A DNA stretch of 32,000 nt from Actinobacillus genomosp. 1. GTDB taxonomy: Bacteria > Pseudomonadota > Gammaproteobacteria > Enterobacterales > Pasteurellaceae. The position numbers and the translations under genes are program-made. Position 1 is the stretch's first letter. Each line of letters begins with the position of its first letter. This document shows, piece after piece, positions 29,587 through 32,000 of this stretch. Location: contig NZ_CP103834.1 in the NCBI RefSeq assembly GCF_029774175.1, positions 1,780,576 through 1,812,575 on the forward strand, given 5' to 3'. The notes beneath the pieces are model-generated. The model was not told the DNA's origin. It did not search any database and saw only the letters and a list, made by a program, of their open reading frames with translations.

Positions 29587-31422
29587 TCAGAAGGTATCTT
29601 GATCACGTAATAAATGAATATTACCTTTTCGTCTTAAAAAGCCCGAGCGGTCAAAATATTCGATCAGCTGAACGGTTAATTTACGTCCCCACTGAATTTC
29701 ATCACGTAGCTGATTCACTGAAACAGATCCGTTTCGTTCTACAATCTCTTTCACTAATTGAGCCAGTTCGATCATTCTCTCGCTGAGCAAGAAACGATCT
29801 TTCACAATCGGAATTAAGTAGCCTAATTTACCGGCTTTATAGAGCAAGTTTCGCATTTCGGTTTCATCGCAACATAATTCCGTTGCAATATCACGCACCC
29901 AAAGCGCTTCATTTTTGCTTTCGAACAGCGGTCGAATTTGTTGCCAAAGTTGCAATTCCTCCGCCGAAAATTCGATACGATGATTCGGTAAATGAACCCA
30001 ACCTCGGGTTTGTGCCAGCTGTTTGTTTTCGATTAAGTCGTCAATAAATTGATAAGCCAGTTGTTCCGGCTGATCTAATGCGGCAATACGATATAATCTC
30101 GCTTTGGTTACGCCTAATTGGTCATTGTGATTTTGATGATACTCGGTAAGTTTTTCGATAATACTTTGCTGAATGCGTTGCTTAAATTCAGCGGTAAAAA
30201 TCCATTTCGACTGCACATCAAAACCGAGTTTTGCCAAATCTTGCGTAAAACATTGCTCACGCCATAATAACGTATCGAGCTGCTCCGCTCTATTCTTTAA
30301 GTAAAGCGGGATTCTCTGCACATAAGCGGTCGTTTTTGCCAACTCTTTTACTAAGGCAAGGCGTTGCTCTGTTCGCTTATAGCGTTTCGGCGAATCAATT
30401 TCCAAGACTTCCGCCCCAGCCAATGTTTGACTGTCATCACCGCTACGAATAATCAGTTTATCCGTCACGGTCATTGCTAACGGCACATCGAAAATAATTT
30501 CTGCAAAAGTTTCACTATTTTTAACCGCTTGTTTTTCGGTTAAGAGATTCAACTTGCCGGTGACGTGCGAAGCAAAATGGTATAAATGCACAATATGATT
30601 TTCTTTTAGGTTTTGTGCCGTATGCATTTTAACCGTAATTCTATCGGTAAACTGCGGCATAAACTCGGTAATCCAATCACCGCGCTGTATCTGCTCTTTT
30701 TCCGCGTTGGCAAGATTCAAAGCTAAACGTTGCCCTGCCGTACCGATTTCCGCCGTCTGATTTTGTGCGTGAATTTGCTTAATTCTAACTTTTTGACCGC
30801 TTGATAAATAAAACTCGTCACCGATTTTAACTTTACCCGCCACCGCCGTTCCGGTTACGACCAAACCGGCACCTTTAATATTAAATACTCGGTCAATCGC
30901 ATATCTAAACGGTTTTTCAAGATGTGATTGTTGTCGGCTTAACTGAATTAATTGATTTCTTAATGCTTCTATACCTTGTCCGGTTACCGCAGAGGTCAAG
31001 AAAAACGGTGCGTCAGATAGAAACGGATAAGTCGCTTTAATTTTCGTAATAAGTTGTTCGGCTTGTTCCGCCGCCACTCGATCCACTTTCGTCAAGACCA
31101 CTAAGATATTGGTAAAATTCAACAAACGCAGAATTTCCAAATGCTCTGCAGTTTGCGGCTTAATCCCTTCTTCCGCCGACACAATCAATAACGCATTTTG
31201 TACGCCGCCCAGCCCGGCAAGCATATTCGACAAGAATTTTTGGTGTCCCGGCACGTCAATAAAGCCGAGAATATCATCTTCAATCGGTAAATAGGCATAA
31301 CCTAAATCTATCGTTAAACCGCGCTTTTTTTCTTCCGGTAAATGAGCGGTATTGGTGCCGGTTAAGGCTTGTAACAAGGTCGTTTTACCATGATCCACGT
31401 GTCCGCTTGTAACAAAAATCAT
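29587..31422 (-). CDS. selB: Selenocysteine-specific translation elongation factor SelB
   Basis: 611 aa (E. coli 614 aa). The N-terminal GTPase [22 protein letters not shown]...DVPGHQKF...TKVD matches E. coli SelB. A long winged-helix C-terminal extension is present. Confidence 0.93.
   Translation of the reverse strand: MIFVTSGHVDHGKTTLLQALTGTNTAHLPEEKKRGLTIDLGYAYLPIEDDILGFIDVPGHQKFLSNMLAGLGGVQNALLIVSAEEGIKPQTAEHLEILRLLNFTNILVVLTKVDRVAAEQAEQLITKIKATYPFLSDAPFFLTSAVTGQGIEALRNQLIQLSRQQSHLEKPFRYAIDRVFNIKGAGLVVTGTAVAGKVKIGDEFYLSSGQKVRIKQIHAQNQTAEIGTAGQRLALNLANAEKEQIQRGDWITEFMPQFTDRITVKMHTAQNLKENHIVHLYHFASHVTGKLNLLTEKQAVKNSETFAEIIFDVPLAMTVTDKLIIRSGDDSQTLAGAEVLEIDSPKRYKRTEQRLALVKELAKTTAYVQRIPLYLKNRAEQLDTLLWREQCFTQDLAKLGFDVQSKWIFTAEFKQRIQQSIIEKLTEYHQNHNDQLGVTKARLYRIAALDQPEQLAYQFIDDLIENKQLAQTRGWVHLPNHRIEFSAEELQLWQQIRPLFESKNEALWVRDIATELCCDETEMRNLLYKAGKLGYLIPIVKDRFLLSERMIELAQLVKEIVERNGSVSVNQLRDEIQWGRKLTVQLIEYFDRSGFLRRKGNIHLLRDQDTF
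30524..30532 (-). repeat. Uptake signal sequence core (ACAAGCGGT)
   Basis: Perfect 9-mer accgcttgt inside selB. Confidence 0.8.
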
Positions 31423-32000
31423 GCTTCCTCCAACATATTTAGCAATTGTTCAAATTGTGCCGCCGAACGCACATCCAACCAAAATTTTTGCTGGGCAAAT
31501 CGCCCGATTATCGGACTGGGTAAGGCTTTAAATTTTTTTTCTAATTCAAGTAAATCACTCTGTTTCTCGGCAAAAACCGTGACCGCTACCGAAGCTAAGG
31601 TTTCGGTCGGCAATGCTCCGCTGCCGATTTGTGCAAGGCTCGGTTCCACTTGCAAAATATAGCGAGAATCCAACCGCTTATTCAATACCGCTTTTAAACG
31701 TTCCGCTTTGGTTTGCAAGGTCGCAATAGATTGCGTTAATAAATTAAACGTCGGTAATTCATCGGTTAATTTTTCCGGGAAAAGATAATGACGAAGTGTC
31801 GCTTCCAACCCAGATAAGATTACTTTATCGCAACGTAGCACTCTCTTAAGCGGATGCGATTGCAGTTCGTCAATCAATGCTTTTTTGCCAACAATAATAC
31901 CCGCTTGCGGCCCACCTAGCAGCTTATCACAAGAAAACGACACCAAATCAACGCCGGCAGCCACTTTCTGTTGTACCATCGGTTCGGCCGGCAAGCCGAG
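31419..32000 (-). CDS. selA: L-seryl-tRNA(Sec) selenium transferase, C-terminal part (5' end outside window)
   Basis: The frame is open to the window edge. It contains the PLP-lysine region [23 protein letters not shown] typical of SelA. Its stop TGA (31421-31419) overlaps the selB ATG (31422-31420) as ATGA. Confidence 0.88.
   Translation of the reverse strand, partial: LGLPAEPMVQQKVAAGVDLVSFSCDKLLGGPQAGIIVGKKALIDELQSHPLKRVLRCDKVILSGLEATLRHYLFPEKLTDELPTFNLLTQSIATLQTKAERLKAVLNKRLDSRYILQVEPSLAQIGSGALPTETLASVAVTVFAEKQSDLLELEKKFKALPSPIIGRFAQQKFWLDVRSAAQFEQLLNMLEEA

Noticed and set aside
13265-29606. Longer N-terminal extensions offered by the ORF track for hcr (13265), hemL (22021), rpsT (26522), trkA (28237) and rsmB (29606)
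   Set aside because: These use TTG or GTG codons without an SD and add residues absent from the well-known orthologues. Internal starts with an RBS (for hcr, hemL, rpsT and trkA) and/or an N-terminus matching the E. coli protein (for hemL, rpsT, trkA and rsmB) fit better. The rsmB start remains the least certain.

Overview
This window looks like core chromosome from a gammaproteobacterium of the Pasteurellaceae type. The family call is an inference from at least 12 perfect copies of the Actinobacillus/Mannheimia-type uptake signal core ACAAGCGGT. Nearly every base is accounted for.

Left to right:
- tilS 3' end.
- xerD plus a stop/start-coupled small membrane ORF (minus strand).
- A complete minus-strand rrn operon: tRNA-Arg(CCG), tRNA-His, tRNA-Pro, boxA leader, 16S, tRNA-Glu, 23S, 5S, a second divergent 5S, tRNA-Asp, tRNA-Trp, terminator.
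- A full enterobacterial-common-antigen (wec) gene set on the minus strand: wecA, wzzE, wecB, wecC, wecD, wecE, wzxE, then wecF, wzyE, wecG. It is interrupted by a plus-strand hcp-hcr (hybrid-cluster protein and its reductase) module, and it lacks rffG/rffH.
- hemL, an MFS transporter, murJ, rpsT (UUG start), trkA, rsmB, selB and the 3' part of selA.

I see no transposase, phage integrase, CRISPR array, toxin-antitoxin pair or defence-type gene, and I cannot defend a claim of a new multi-gene system here.

The most unusual things I can support from the sequence are:
1. Two tandem 5S genes whose differences are structurally compensated.
2. A tRNA cluster that abuts the rrn antitermination leader, which implies one tRNA-rRNA super-operon.
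3. An ECA locus split into two transcription units by hcp-hcr.
4. A 13-bp perfect inverted repeat in the murJ/rpsT divergent region, where each arm reads as an outward-facing extended -10 element.

All protein calls rest on my recognition of the translated ORFs. No database search was run.
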